Counted from the stretch's first letter, positions 1 to 14,936 are shown. The stretch: DNA of 64,000 nucleotides from Selaginella moellendorffii (GCF_000143415.4 NW_003314404.1:248001-312000), one strand, 5' to 3'. Notes: a model not told the origin generated them from the sequence alone. Numbers and translations: made by a program.

Positions 1-236
1 GCCAAAACTTTGAGCTCCTCCCGTTTGGATCCGGTCGTAGAATGTGCCCTGGAATGCCCTTGGGATTGCGAACAGTGGAGCTGCTGGTGGCCAATCTCAT
101 TCACGGCTTTGATTGGAGCTTTGTGCCAGGGACAATACCATCCATAGAGGAGGTTTACAATGGCTCTTGCTACCTCAAGACTCCGCTGCAAGCCATGGCC
201 ACTCCAAGGCTGCCGATGGAAGTGTATGGCAACTAG
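1..236 (+). CDS. Cytochrome P450 (CYP71-clan), 3' end only (gene runs off the window)
   Basis: Translation [17 protein letters not shown] (heme-binding FxxGxRxCxG) through to stop at 236; near-identical to the P450 at 48540-48656. Confidence 0.9.
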   Translation, partial: QNFELLPFGSGRRMCPGMPLGLRTVELLVANLIHGFDWSFVPGTIPSIEEVYNGSCYLKTPLQAMATPRLPMEVYGN

Positions 237-1134
237 GTCAAGTAAAACAATAAAGGGAAAGTTTTTTTATATTAGGTTTATAACTAAAAATCAATAGGTT
301 AAATTGGTGCATCAATTATTACCACATTAACCACAACATCCACAACAAAATTTTCATTTCTCTTTCTCGAGATTTTCAATGTGAATTTATATTTTTCTTA
401 AACATCTTAAAAGTTTATGAGTTTTTAATGGCAACATACTATCCATTTTCAAATGCTCAATATCAATAGGATAAAAATACCCACATGTAACATATATTAG
501 TGTGCATGCTCATTTTTTTATAACATTGCACTAATTGTGTGATTACAAGGCAATCTAAAGCATAAGCAAGACTATGTTAGTATATTCACCACATCAGTAT
601 ACTTGTGCATTTATATTTTGAATATAGTAGGATTTAAAGGCTTACATTGTTCATTAATTTTGGTTATAATATTATATGTTAATTATTTTGCATCAAATGT
701 TTTCAAACATCACAAAGATAAGCATATTTCAACTTTAAATTAATTACATATTCAAAGACTCTAAAATATTACTTGTTAAATATCTAAATCATTGTCCTTT
801 AAAAAAATGCAATTGTTTTAATTTGGCTCTAAAACATTTAACACTCAAAAAGTAAAATTTGGATTTTTATTATGAATTTTTGCCATAATTGCATTAAATT
901 TCAAAGGTGTAAATATGTAAAATGTTTTCCAAACAAGTGAATAAATTTGAAATTTTTAAACATTTTGTGCAAATTCTTAATAAAATGCCTCATGAAAAGT
1001 CCATTATATACATTATTAAACATTGATTGAACACCTTTTAATATGTTTTTTACCATTTAAAGAGGAAATTGTAAGGTGTATTATTATTTTGATATAAGTT
1101 TTAATCAACATTTCAAATGTAAAATACTAAATCC

Positions 1135-1159
1135 AATAATAATAATAATAATAATAATA

Positions 1160-1194
<35 letters not shown>
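1135..1194. repeat. (AAT)n followed by (ATT)n microsatellite forming an AT palindrome
   Basis: aataataat...aataattattattatt directly abutting truncated PPR copy 1. Confidence 0.9.
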
Positions 1195-2500
1195 GCGCTA
1201 GTGACAATGTATGGGAAGTGTGAGAGCCCAGTGGAAGCTCAAAAGGTCTTCAACTCCATGACGGCTAGGAACCTGATCTCCTGGACTTCAATGATCAAGG
1301 CTTACGCTCAGCATGGGAATCCACAGGAGACTCTCAACCTTTTAAAGAGGATGGACGTGGAGCTGAGTGGTGTGAGCTTCTCTAGTGCTCTCAATGCCTT
1401 GGCACTGCTGGGAGCTTTGGACGAAGGCCGAGAGATTCATCACCGAGTTGTGGAAGCCAATCTCGTATCCCCGCAGATGGAGACTTCCTTGCTCAGCATG
1501 TACGCGAGGTGTGGAAGCCTGGACGACGCGAGGCGCGTGTTTAACAGGATGAAGACGAGAGACGCCTTCTCTTGCAATGCGATGATCGCCGCCTTCACAC
1601 AGCACGGTCGTAAGAAACAGGCACACTCAGGATTTACAGGAAGATGGAGCAGGAAGGTATTCCAGCCGACGGAATCACGTTCGTCCTGGTTGCTTGCAGC
1701 CATACTTCACTCGTGGCTGATTGTCGAGATTTCCTCCAGTCTTTGGTGATGGACCACGGGGTGGTACCATTGGTGGAGCACTACCTTTGCATGGTGGACG
1801 TTCTGGGCCGCTCGGGAAGACTGGGAGATGCTGAAGAGCTGGTGGAAACTATGCCATATCAAGCAGACTCAGTGGCCTGGATGACTTTACTGTTGGGTTG
1901 CAAGCGCCACGGTGACTTGGATCGTGGCGAGAGAGCCGCCAGGAAAGTTTTCGAGCTAGCACCGGCAGAGACTCTCCCTTACGTCTTCCTCTCCAACATG
2001 TACGCCGCTGCCAAGTGATTTGACGACGCTCGAAGAGTCCGGAAGGAGATGGAGGAGCGCGGAGTGACGAGGCCAGTGGCAGTAAGCTACATCGAGATTG
2101 ACAACTGGCTACACATGTTTACGAGTGGTGATAGAGACGAGCAGCAGGAGGGTCACGACGGCCGGACGATGGAGAGGTCCGGTCCCTGCTGCTGGAACTT
2201 TTAGAGCCCATGAAGCAAGCTGGATACGTCCCCGACACGAGGGAGTTTACTTGGAGCAGCAGGGTGGCACAAGCGAGGAGGAGAAACAACGTAGCCTGTG
2301 CTTCCACAGCGAAAGGCTTGCCATCGCCTACGGACTGAGATCCAGTCGATTCTCGTCCGCTGAGAGTCGTCAACAGCCACCGGGTGGGCTCCGACTGCCA
2401 CTCTGCGATCAAGCTCACTGAGAAGAGGATTTTTGTGAGAGATGGGAGCCGGTTCCACCACTTTGAGAAGGGAGCCTGCTCGTGTGGGGATCACTGGTGA
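1195..2500 (+). pseudogene. PLS-class PPR-E/DYW-type protein, copy 1 (5'-truncated, frameshifted)
   Basis: MYGKC/ISWTSMI PPR motifs, E domain (HYLCMVDVLGRSG), HSERLAIAYG and terminal CSCGDHW; frameshifts and a premature TGA at 2016-2018. Confidence 0.92.
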
Positions 2501-2679
2501 AGTTACGTTTCTTTATGTTTCACGTGGTGGGCACAGAGTTGGCGGAGACAAAGTCAGAACAAGAAAATCGTGCCGCATAAAGGTACGTCGCAAAGTCAAG
2601 TTCCTATGTGGCGCACCTTGACTGACTGATGGATTGCAGGGGTCTCCATCAAGAGAAGTGAAGTAGTAACAAGTTGCAG

Positions 2680-4060
2680 ATGATGGAACTCGCGATCTGG
2701 CTGATCCTGTTGAGCACGCTTGGATCCTCTACAGCGTCACTCAACGCACACAAAGCTGGGGTCTTGGTTGCATTGAAAAGGAGCCTCCTGGGACTGGGAA
2801 ACACCTCAGACTGGACTGTGGAAAACTCCGATCGAGCATGCACCGACTGGAAGGGAGTGATTTGCAACAGTGACGATTCAGAGGTGGTGGAGCTTCATCT
2901 GGCAGGAAATAGATTCACAGGTGAGATCTCGTCGCCGGCACTCGGGCAGCTGGCGAGTTTGCGAGTCTTGGACGTGAGCAAAAACCGTCTGGTCGGATCT
3001 CTTCCTGCGGAGCTCGGGCTGCTGCAAAGCTTGCAAGCTTTGGACGTCTCAGGTAACAGACTGACTGGGAGCTTGCCTCGGGATCTCGGCAATTGCAGCG
3101 CTCTTCGTTTTCTCAACGCCAGCAAAACCAGCTTCAAGGTCCGGTACCGCCCCAGCTGGGAGCGCTCCGGAGGTTGGAGATACTCGTCCTGGACAACAAC
3201 CGCTTGTCAGGTTCTCTTCCTCCGTCCCTTGCGAACTGCTCGAAGCTCCAGGAGATTTGGCTGACGAGCAATGGTGTTGAAGGGGAGATTCCGCAGGAAG
3301 TTGGGTTTATGGAGCTGGGAGTATTCTTCGTGGAGAGAAACCGGCTGGAAGGGCTCATTCCACCAGCTTTTGCAAACTGCTCGTCTGTCGAGCTCTTGGC
3401 GCTCGGGGAGAATTCTCTGGGCGGGAGGATACCAGATGAGCTTGGACGGCTCGAAAACTTGGTGGCGCTCTCGCTGTAGAGCTTGCAGTGGCTGGAGGGG
3501 CCAATTCCTCCTGAGATCGGCAACAACAGCAAGCTCGAGTGGTTTGATATCGGCGGAAACTCGCTCATGCATGACTCGATCCCAGTGTCGCTGCTTCAGC
3601 TCCCGCGCTTCCTTGCAACTCTGGTTTCAACAACACCTCGGACCGTCCGGTCCCGGAGCAGCTCTGGAACATGACTCAGCTCGAGTTTCTGGGAATGGGG
3701 AGGACAAACAGCCGAGGGATCCTGTCACCAATCGTTGGAAACTTGACAAGGCTTCGGTCGCTGAGAACCGCTTTGAAGGAAGTGTTCCGGACGAGCTGTC
3801 CAAGTGTCCCGACGCTGGTCCTCTCCAACAACAGACTCCTTGGAGGCGTTCCTCAAACGTTTGGCACGCTTGAGTGTCTCAGAGTTTTGATGCTCGGTGA
3901 AAACCAGCTCTCCGGAGCAATACCAGAGAACTGCACCAACCTGGAAGAGCTGGTCCTCGAGAGGAACTTCTTCCGTGGAGCAATACTAGAGTCCATCGCC
4001 AGGATGGCAAAGCTTCGGGGTTTGCTCCAGTCTTCAACCGGATGAACGGGACGATACCGT
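2680..4060 (+). pseudogene. LRR receptor-like protein, copy 1 (frameshifted, 3'-truncated)
   Basis: Signal peptide, LRRNT CxxWxGVxC and LxxLxLxxNxLxG repeats; near-identical to 41608-44058 but with several indels and stops and a large internal deletion. Confidence 0.92.
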
Positions 4061-4718
4061 GCTGTGCAATTTACACCTCAGCGTATATTCGGAGCATATA
4101 TTTAAAATATGCAGTGAAGGGTTTAAACATATACATTAAACATAAAATGTTGCTCATTTTGCATGATTAGAGTCTATACTAAAACCTTTCTGGAAGTCCC
4201 TTATTCAAAGGAACATCTTAGTCCTCATTGTTATTTTGAAGGACACACTTTTATTGCACTTAAAAAAACGTTTTTAGGGTTTTCCAAAAAATTAGTACCA
4301 TTTTGAATTTAAATCATTTTTGAATCATTGATCAAAATTGGGGTTGAGCCAATATTGTTTTTTTAAAATTTTAGTTCTTTTTGGTTTGTTAAGCAAACCT
4401 ATATGATAGTAGATATATTTAGTATATGTTTGGATATTCTAGGATATTTTATCATTTAAAAATTGTTATTGATTTAGATTAATATTATATTTATAATTTA
4501 TAAACATATTTGTAATTTATAAACTTTCAAAAACATTTTCTAGTATCTAATAGTTGATATTCAATAAGATTAATCTTGTGTTCATATAAACATATTTATA
4601 ATTATAAAATCTTCTATTTAATTAATCAGATTATTAAATAAAAATAACACTAGCAAACTAGGCATTGCTACATGCAATGTGCAATAAATTATTATTCTTA
4701 TTTGTGATAATTTGATAT

Positions 4719-4904
4719 TGTGAGATCCAAGTGTATGGCTACAATGTTGTATTTTAATATTAGCATAATGAGATTTTGGTAGCCATCGGATTGGTTTCAA
4801 TTTAGACCACTCGCTCCTATATATAAACTAAATTTTTGGGCTAATTAATATGCATATTTTTGTATTCCCTTTCTATATTCCATGCACTCATATTGGTAGA
4901 GATG
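4719..4904 (+). mobile_element. 5' LTR (about 4719-4892) plus primer-binding site of Ty3/Gypsy element A
   Basis: Starts with TG; homologous to the PPT-preceded LTR at about 37431-37590 and to the inverted copy at 32898-33358; followed by TGGT(A/G)GAGATG, resembling a tRNA-Ala PBS. Confidence 0.65.
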
Positions 4905-7875
4905 AAAGGCACTTTTGATTGTTCCTGAAGAGTGCTTGAATTTGGGATTTTCATTTAAATTTAGTTTTTGCATTATCTATTAGATTTAACTTTTTCCATT
5001 TCCTTTCTTCTGTTCTTTCCTTTTGGGATTTTGGTTTAGATCTAACTTTTATATTGTCTAGATCTCCCTTTCCTTCTAACTTTTTTAATTTCTTTTATTT
5101 TGCTTTTTCCTTTTCATTCATCTTCATGGCAAAGCAATAGTGTCTTCTTCCTTTGACTCTAGAGTAGTAGTTGGTGCAATTGTTTGATGCTATGCGATTG
5201 CAATTGAACAACCAAACTCAATTGATAGTGGCATTTATGACATATGGTATAACTCCTCCTTTTTGGTGCCAATCCTCGTATTCGGCCGGAGTTCTTTCGT
5301 GGGAATCCTAGGGATGATGTGTACCATTGGTTTGATCACTTCACAGTGATTGCCACATATCATTTTTTGGATGATACTTGACATTTGCATGAATTTCCCA
5401 CATGTCTCCAAGGGATGGCACTATAGTGGTACAATGGTTTGAACACAACCACTTATGGGGATTGGAGTATTCTCTCAAAGGTGTTCAAACGTGCATTTAG
5501 ACATGCCGACAATTATGATGATGCTTGATAACAATTGCGTCGTCTTTGTCAAGGACCATTTGAGTTAGTGATGTAATTTGGCATTCATTTATGAAGCCTC
5601 TTGCTTCATGCAGAGTGAAATATGTTAGAGCGGATCAAGCTGGGAATGTTGTGGCTAACACTTCATCAAGATCTTGTAAGACTTGTGCATGCACTTATTT
5701 TAGCCACCTTGACAATGCCCTTTGTTTGGCATAACATTATAAAACGTTGCCTCTTCCACTTCTCACTACATATTCTTTAGCTCCACTTCCTATGGGAGAT
5801 GGTCTTATTCCAATAGAGGTTGATGCTACTGCTACTCGAGTTCAAGGACACGGGCAAGGACATGGTTATGGCCGTAATATTCATTGCTAAGCATGTGATG
5901 AAGTTGGTAATACTTATTAGCATTGTCAACATTTTCCAAATTGGCGGCCTTCATTTCTCAGGTGAAGACTTTGGCGTCAACAACGTCCTATTGGTGTTGC
6001 TACAATAGAAGGTTTAGACACTAAGATGTGTCTGGGAAACAAAAAGTCACATGAGTAACAGAGGGACCTTACACAAATAAATCAGTAACCCCTCCATCTT
6101 TCTTTTGGGAGTATCATCACTTGGCACCAGTTCATCTAATGTTTACTTTCCAAGTTCGTTTTTATAATATTATTCTCTCTATGTTAGTTAATACAGGTTC
6201 GAGTTTATCTTCTATTGCTTGACTTATTGCCACATGTTGCCATCTATATCTGCATCGTGCGGCAGAGTTAGTTTTCATTCTTTATGGCAATGGCTATACA
6301 CATGTATGTGCATGGGATAAGGCAAACTTAGTTATGCGTGTGGGTGATCTTGAGCTTGAGTTGTAGTCATTGCAAATAGTGCCAAGTCAAGCTTTTGACC
6401 TCATCCTTGGTATGGATTGCTTGTAGTGCAATCATGCCAAATGTGACTTTGAGGCTTCTCCCCCTTGTCTCATATTTTTTTATATTTCATCCATTCCTCT
6501 CATTTTTGTACTTCTTTGTTCCTCTGTTTCTACCTTTGCTTCCATTACTTTTATCTTCCCATTATTGTAAGTGACAAATTTTTTTCATTCTACTTTAGTC
6601 ACTTAACCACACCTCCGACTACTTGGAAGAGTCTCATTCACAACCTTCATAAGTTTAATTCAGGACTTGGGGCTTGCTAGCCCCAAGAATGGCATCCATG
6701 CCACTCAACTTTTGCACTTGGTCCAAGTGCTCCACGTGTCTGATCTCATGACTGACACCCCAAGGTACCATTGACATATTAGCCTGTTATGCTAAGGCCA
6801 TGCTTATTCACCTTGGTCACATCGGTGGTCCAACACCACTTATATCACAATTTCATCTCTCAAAGACTGGGCTATTCATCCATGAGTGATCATCCTATAT
6901 CCACTCCTTAGCATCCTCAGGATGCTTACAGACATAGGGAACAACCTTCCCTAATATCCCTTTCAGCACCCTTTTGGTTTCACTTTGGGGCTTAAGGATT
7001 TGTGTCTCACAACTCCACCACCCATAAACGAAGTTTGATGTCCTCATCGAACAATAAATTATTTTAAAAGTAATACTAACATGTATTACCCTTTCCATCC
7101 TTAGCACCTAACCAATATTCGTTAATGATTTGACACCGAAAGCTCACCATACCTTGTCCATCCTTTACGGAGTATAATTTCTCTAACCTAGAAACTCATT
7201 TGACCATTTGTGGTGGTTCTCTCTTTTTATTGATTTAGTTTTCACTAAATCTGTTAGAGACACCTTTTCTATCTCAATCCCACTACTCATTCTCGAGTAG
7301 TCTCAATTCCCATTGATATAACCTTTGCACTTTGGAATTTTTAATTTTGACTTCTCGAAGTTAATTTCTTGGGTGTCTCCAACACCTTATATTGCACATT
7401 TTGTGCAACTCCACTTCCCCATCCTAGGAAGTTCTCTACTCATCATCATCATCCTCTTTTCTATTTTGTGCCACCTTTGGCACCTTCACCAAATCGAAGC
7501 AATTGGGAATCTATCATTGGAAACACATTGTCTTCCCACAATCCATTAGTATCCAACACATTAGTGTTCTTGGCTTAACTTTACCATTTGGGTTCTATCC
7601 TATGATTCTTATGCCTCTTTTCTTAGCCATTAGTCTTTTATTCCTATCCATTAATTGTTGCACCAAGTAACATAGGATCACTACCTTTATCTCTAAGGTA
7701 TTTTTTCGGTTCCATGGCAAAAGCTTCACTTGCCAAGTCTAAAGGGTGTTCACCCTAGTAGATCTCTTTAGCATTTTCTGCTATACGCCTCATCCACGGC
7801 CCAACTTTGTGACCCGCCCATGAGTATTTCCTAGAGACTACTTTCTTTGGACTCATTATGCCATTGTATTGACAT

Positions 7876-10730
7876 CAGTGTGTAACAAAGTATTTTTAGT
7901 GTACTAGAAAAAATCCTTGAATACTTAAAATGAATAGGATATATTTTTTTTGTACCGGCATAATCCTTAAAAGAGGAAATCTCATTCGGATAAATTCCTT
8001 AATATATGAAAACTATAAGGAAGTTAAACATCTACAAATCGTCACTTTAGCTTGTATAAATATGCCTATAAGCTGCGCCTTCCTTCCATGCTTGCACCAT
8101 TATTTCGAAATCAAACTCAGCTATTGGCAGACCCTCAATGGAGATCCTCACAAGCTCGTCAACCATCTCCGTCCCCATCTGGTTTCGAAACTTATTCTTC
8201 ACCAAGTTGATTCTACTAAACCCACGCTCATATGATGCAGTGTTGCAGCATTGAACCATGCCGACCATTGCCAACTTCAGCAAGTTGGGATACTTCTTCG
8301 TCCAGATACTGTGAGCATAAATCATTCCCCAAACATCCACGAAAGTTTTCCCCTTCCACTCCTCGGAAGCTATTATCTTCCATAAACTGTACTCTTCAGC
8401 CAGCTCTGCTTCATTGATCATCCCTGTGTAGAACTTTCCAAGTTCCTGAACCTCAAACTTACCAAAAGCTTTCAACTCACGCACTGATGAAGGTAAGTTG
8501 ATAGGAGCTAAAAAGTGGAACTTGGAGAGAATACCAGTCGCCTCAGAGTCCTGTAACCTGGTCCTTATACCCTCCAAAAGACTAGTGCCAAAGTTTTTTT
8601 GAAACTCTAGTACCTCCTCCAAATCTTCTCCATGAATCGACCTGATCATTTCCACGTCTCTGTATTCGTTTCCCTTAACTGATGACCTGAGCTCATCCAA
8701 AGGACCATTGCGGCGTCCACCATCTGGGATTATAGGATATCCTCTGCTATCCAACTGAAAACCATTCAAATCCACTTGCTTATCCAAATAGTATACCTGT
8801 ATCTTGGCCATAGTTGCCTTGCATAAAGGTGCAACACTAGTCACGTCCATAGTCTGTGCTTGAAACTCCAGGTTCAGCTGATTTACCACTGCCAAGATAT
8901 CTCCTAGAAAGTGGAGTGCATAAAGGAACTTGAAACTCCTGAGACGGTCATACAGCTTCCTTGTTTGAGTTGTTCTCCCGTCCTTAAAAAACTTGAGTAG
9001 TGGTTCCAAACACTCACACATCCTGGTAATGGCTCCACCCCTGCTCAACCAACGTGTCTGCTGGATCCGCAACACCTTCAGCACCTTGAAGTCTAGCTCG
9101 TCCTGTAGTGCCTGTAGCTGCTGCAACCTGCTAGAACTCCTTGAGAAAAAACTGGCTACCTTGTTCACCACCTGATCCACTTCATCGCAAAGATTATGAA
9201 CTACTGGATTCTTGTAGACGTCCTCCACACATAAGTTAGCTCTGTGTGAAAGACAATGTGTGGAGGTCATGAATGGATTGACCTCCTTCAACCTTGCTGC
9301 AACCCTTGTCCTGTTTCCTGTCATAACATTGCAGCCATCTGAACCAAACCCCACGAACCTGCTCATATCCAGCCCCCAATCCTGCAAAAAATCACCTCTA
9401 CAGAACTATTGTTCAACATTGACAAGCCTAAATAGCTTGTCAACACCCTTGCGTCGTGGATGTAGGTCACGTAAAAGATGAGGTGTTTACTGGTACTGCA
9501 TTAACAAATTTAGAACCAAGAATATCACTAATCAGCTTTACCTTATATCCGTGCTCTCATCTAGCATTATTCCAAAGAATGGGCTAGCTTTAACTTTCTC
9601 CAAAATTTGATTTAAGAGCACCTACACAACAAAATTCAGTCAAGGTTTATTATCAAACTTTAGCTCACCTTGTTGATGAAAGTGATGAAGTGTGAGCAGG
9701 CCATCACGTTCTTGTACATGCTAGGAACATAAACTCCGTTCAACTGTTGTAGCTCCAGAAGCAATGGGTATTTGCGAAGAGGAACAAAACCTTGTGCAAT
9801 AGCATAAGCAATCCTAAACAAGCAAATAACTCCCTTCTCTGCTGCCTCTTGTTGCCGATCATTTGCAGCTGCCATGGAGGATTAACTGCCAGCTTTCACC
9901 TCAGCTATGTAAATGGAATGCTTGTGATCTTTTGTTTGCCCATGAGCATGGAAACTTGAAGTCTTCATGTTGGTGGAACCTGATGTACCAAATGGATTCT
10001 TGTAATTCTTGTTGGAACGGCATATTGAGCAGAAGATCAGTGCTGTAATGCAAGTAGGATTAGATGAAAAATCAAGAAAATTATTACTATTTTTCTGATC
10101 AAAATGCAACCACTGCCATTTTATAACCCATGCAGGTTGCCACTTCCCCCTACGAATTTTCTTCTCCTTCTCCTCTACTGATGCAGCATCACCTTCTCCC
10201 ACTTCACATCCCTCCTCAGGCTCAGTCCCCTCCAGGTTGTCCTCATCTACAAAACCTCCTCTCTCCACAATGGGGGCAAAACTTAACAAAGATTGCTTTG
10301 ATTGAGCAATGGCTTTTGCAGCAGCCTTGCTCCTACCTGCAGGCACCCTCCCCATTTCCCAGATGATCTCCCCACCAAAATCTATGTTCACGCCCACGCC
10401 CACGCCCACGTGAACATTGTGAAAGAATATTCTAACCTTAGATTAATGACATGGTTTACTTAGTGTAACTATGTTTAGTTAGTGTTAACTAAGATTGATG
10501 ATTATTTATTTAATCTTGTTAATTAGAATCAATTAAACATAATTAACCATAATCCTCAAAAGGTAGGTGAATGTACCGGCAGGATTCCTTATAACATCCA
10601 AACGTACCGGATCTAGCCTTTTACGAGATTTTTTGCACCGGTCGTATATCCTTGTAACTTTGTTTTGTACCGGCAATTCTGAAATGGTACCGGCGGGGTA
10701 CAAAGGAGCCTCGGACTTTGTTACACACTG
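7876..10730 (-). mobile_element. hAT DNA transposon
   Basis: Perfect 16-bp TIR CAGTGTGTAACAAAGT at 7876-7891 and its reverse complement at 10715-10730; subterminal GTACCGG repeats; internal hAT transposase. Confidence 0.9.
8047..10409 (-). pseudogene. hAT transposase (ZNF862/DUF4371-like), intron-containing, disrupted
   Basis: Zn-finger WxxKWQWL...FCSIC; GIMLDESTD; FGSDGCNVM; HCLSHRANL; TRWLSR; C-terminal ERGFSRINLVKNKFRN dimerisation motif; in-frame stop at about 9882; short GT-AG introns at about 9500-9670. Confidence 0.88.
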
Positions 10731-11910
10731 CTCATGACTGTCCCATTGATTTACAAGAAGGAGCATCACCTCCGTGGGGGCATATTTACGGGTTATCCCC
10801 ATCCAAGCTTAAGGCCCTCAAAGAGTATGTGGATGAGAACCTTGCCTCGGGGTACATTCAACATTCGTAGTCCCCGGCTGGAGCACTTGTTTTCTTTGTC
10901 AAGAAGAAGGATGGGAGTTTGCGGCTAGTCATCAACTACCAAGGTTTGAACAAGGTGACTGTTCGGAACCGTTATCTGTTGCCCTTGATCTCAGACCTGT
11001 TGGAACACCTCAGCGGTGCCCACTTCTTCACCAAGATCGACCTCTGTGGAGCATACAACTTGATCTGATTTGGCCTAGCGATGAATGGAAGACTGCATTC
11101 CGAACCCGCTATGGCCACTTCGAGTACACTGTCATGCCATTTGGCTTGACAAATGCTCCAGCAATTTTTCAACACATGGCGAACAACGTTTTTCAGGAGT
11201 TTTTTGATTAGATGGTGATCGTCTACCTTGATGACATCCTCATCTACTCAAAAACTCAAGAGGAGCATGACGAGCATGTGCGCAAAGTGCTGGTGAAGCT
11301 GCAGGAACATGGCCTATATGCGAAGCTTGAAAAATGTTCCTTCGATCAGGAGTTTGTGGAGTTTCTTGGGTACATTGTCACTCCTAAGGGTATCATGATG
11401 GATCTTGCCAAAGTTAAGACTATTCTCAAATGAGAGCCTCCACAATCAATGTCGGACATTCAGGTTTTCCTTGGCTTCGCCAATTTCTACCCTAAATTCA
11501 TTGATCACTACTCTGATATTGTCCTTCCTTTCACACATCTCACTCGCAAGGATGTTCCCTTTTTTTGGTCTGCTGCTACCCAACAGGCCTTCAACACACT
11601 CAAGGCAACCTTCAGTTCTACTCCCGTCTTGATCCATGCTGATCCCTCACAACCTTTCTTCATCGAGGCTGATGCCTCCGGCTTTGCCATCGGTGCTGTG
11701 CTGTCTCAACTCGGAGCGGATAAGGAATTTCATCCGGTCGCTTTCCATTCTCGAAAATTCCAACCTGCGGAGATCAATTACAAAATCCATGACAAGAAGC
11801 TCCTTGCCATCGTGGATTCTTTTGGAGAGTGGTGTCGTTTCTTGGAGGGGGCAAGGTATCAAACAATGGTTTGGACGGATGACAAGAATCTCTAGTACTT
11901 TGCCTCTCAT
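10731..11910 (+). mobile_element. Ty3/Gypsy (chromovirus-type) pol fragment: RT and RNase H
   Basis: [34 protein letters not shown]; nearly the same protein as 63157-63996. Confidence 0.9.
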
Positions 11911-14900
11911 TTGATATGTCTATGATCATGTATGGACTCCTCTATGCTTGGCCACATGGGCCACCCTTTTTGAAGTTAGCATCTTCAATTAGGGTATTTG
12001 TTCCCCCGATTTGTTAATCTCACCTAGCAAGTCATCTGACCACCGTAACATGGTTCATGCACAAGTGTGAAAATCCTTAACCATCAACTTTCGTTCAAAG
12101 CCCTTTCTTTGAACACTCAGGAACCACTTCTCTAACTTTGATAGCCTCGCTTCATAGCAAATTTTAAGACCACGTTTTTGCTATGCCACTCTGATTTCAT
12201 ACGCTTTATAAACCATTTACACTTGGCTTTCTAGGTACTTATTTACCTAAAATTGTCTTTGGGAATCTTCAAGGAACTCTATTCCTTAACTTGCTAAGGC
12301 CTCTCCTTTTTGCAAACTTTCTAATTATAATATGGATAATTCCATATTTAAACTTTTTATGGCATCATGGTTACTAATAACAAACTACTCGAGCCCCCAC
12401 TTGATTCTTCACTCCCAACTTGCATAACCACCCTTGGTTATGCCTTTTTATTCCTATGGTTTGGTTCTATCTTTTTACTATTTGCTTTTTGGCCTCATAT
12501 GTTTCTTTCGGTCATTCTCCTCTAGACTAGGAGGATAGTTTTGCACTTTCTACCATGCTTTAGCAAGTATTCATAAGGATGAACCTACCCGATAGCCTAG
12601 GGAGTGGTTCCTCAATTCGGGTATGGTCACCTTGTAATCCCACACATCAGGATTAATGTTGCTACTTATGGGCCTTTATATGCCCATGACTAACCTTGCC
12701 AAAATCCCGTTTTGGCTTTGTCCAATTCAGGTAAATAGACTTCTTTTGTTTCTGCAACTTTGGACGTTTGGATAGTATTTTTTATCCATCATTTGCTAAG
12801 GACTTAATCCCTTAGACCTTATTTAATACCCTCACGACACCAAACACCACTTCCTAGTGTTTTAGAGTGTTTAATGATAGCTTTCTTTAGCAATGAGCAT
12901 TCCCTTTATGACATTGATTTACTATATCGCAACATAAGCAATTTATCCCCCATAAGGATATATTTAACTTCCTTATCATAATAAGAAGTCTTAAGTAATT
13001 ACCTTCTACCAGTTTAATCAATTATTTTGCACCTTTTTGCTTAGTTACCTCATAATTGTCAAGTCTTACAACTCATTTCTAGTGCTTCCACACCTCTATC
13101 ATTATTTTGGGTCACCACACTCTAACCACATGCTTTCCAGCTTAGGCTATGCCATTCCCATTTCCATTAGGATTCCTTTGGGAAGGGGTTCTCATGACTT
13201 GACCTCAAAGCATTATGCCTTGGCACATTCGATGTCTCCACACCATCAACTCTATAAACCTACCTTTATAACACTTCTTACTTGTGTTTAGGTCTTTGCC
13301 AAGACTAATACAGTCGTTTTTCATGCCAACTATCTGGTAGCATTACACCATATAATTTGCACACAACTTTGTATCAAAGTTGCTTTCTTTTGGGAACCTC
13401 TTTCCCATACCTTTAGTATGGCACATTCTACCATCAATGAAATACCCATTGTTCTCACACTTGGATTTTATAATCCTCCCCATCTTTCATGGGGTACAAC
13501 ACACTTTAGTCTAAATGCTTCCACCAGTCCTTTAGGACCATTCCTTGGCTCTACTTGAGTTATCTAGCTTTTTAGACTTCACTAATTTGACGACGTATAA
13601 GGTCCCATTTTTGAGGTGTTAGCTTGTTAAAATACAATTTTTTGTATTCATGTTTTACCTATAAAAACCATTTTTGCAAGTGTTACTCCGACACTTAATT
13701 ACTCTTTGTTCCATATGGGCTACCTTTGCCCCTTAGGACTATTTATTCATGTGATGAGAATACCAACTCATTCTCTAAGTACACCCTCAATCCCTTGGGT
13801 TGTTCTAGCATTTATTAAAGGTAGCCCCAGCTACCATTTCAAGGACTTGTGTCCTCTTTCGTATTTGACCTCCCACGATCATTAATTCTGGTCTCAAATT
13901 CATGAGCACCAACCTCAACTATATGAGGATAATCTTATGACTCCTTTATTATTTTGGAGTCTCTATTTTTCCCGTGATCCCAACTATAGTTATTTATGAC
14001 AACTATATTAATCAGTTTGCTGAGTCAAACACTCATCTAGATCACATCATCAACTCTCTAAGGAAAATCTTATACTGTTCCCAAGATCCCAAAGTCGTTC
14101 CCTTATTAGTCATTTTCTATCCACCACATTGCTTACAAGTTCACACATAAATTGTAGTGGAAAACCATGTCCTCCCGACCTACTACCCCTTAAGGATAGG
14201 CCCACTCCTCGGACCTTCCAATGCCAATACAAGTGGTGATATACTTAAGCACCAATAAAAGTCGGACTAAGGAACAGCTTCTATACCAAATTGTAAATGA
14301 CTAATTTTTTCATTCTACTTTAATCACTTAACCACACTTCCAACTATTTGAAAGAGTCTTATTCACAACCTCCATAAGTTCAATTCATGACTTGGGGTTT
14401 GCTAACCCCAAGAATGGCATCCATGCCACTCAACCTTTGCACTTGGTTCAAGTGCTCCACATGTCTGATCCCATGACCGACACCCCAAGGTGGTCACATC
14501 GGTGGTCTAACACCATCTACATCAAAGCTCTATTTCGTTAAAGTGGGAATTGTCATTATCCCACTTGTAAAATAAGGTTTCCAAACCTTTATATAGTATA
14601 TAAATATAACAAAATTCAACTGCATTGAGGCACATGCCATTTTATTTTAAACAAGGAAATGTCTACTCAATCACTTCTCCTCCCCCTGCCACTGCTTCAA
14701 TTTCTTTCCATCCTTTTAATATTGGCTCAGTTGCTCCGAGTCTAGGTGGAGCCCAAGTCCCCATTCAATCTTTACTTTCCCTTTATTAATAAAACAACTT
14801 CGTAGACTTCCAATAACATGCTGTAACACTTCTAGTATAATGCAAATCCTCTCAAAGAATTGTCTTTTAATATTAATACAATGGCATGGAACCCCATGCC

Positions 14901-14936
14901 ATAATAAGTTACATTTTTAAATAAATACATGCCATC

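Noticed and set aside
14414-14430. ATGGCATCCATGCCA in host DNA about 100 bp from the insertion (also at about 6689) as a targeting site
   Set aside because: It lacks the fixed 6-bp spacer of the 22-bp motif; a single short match may be chance.
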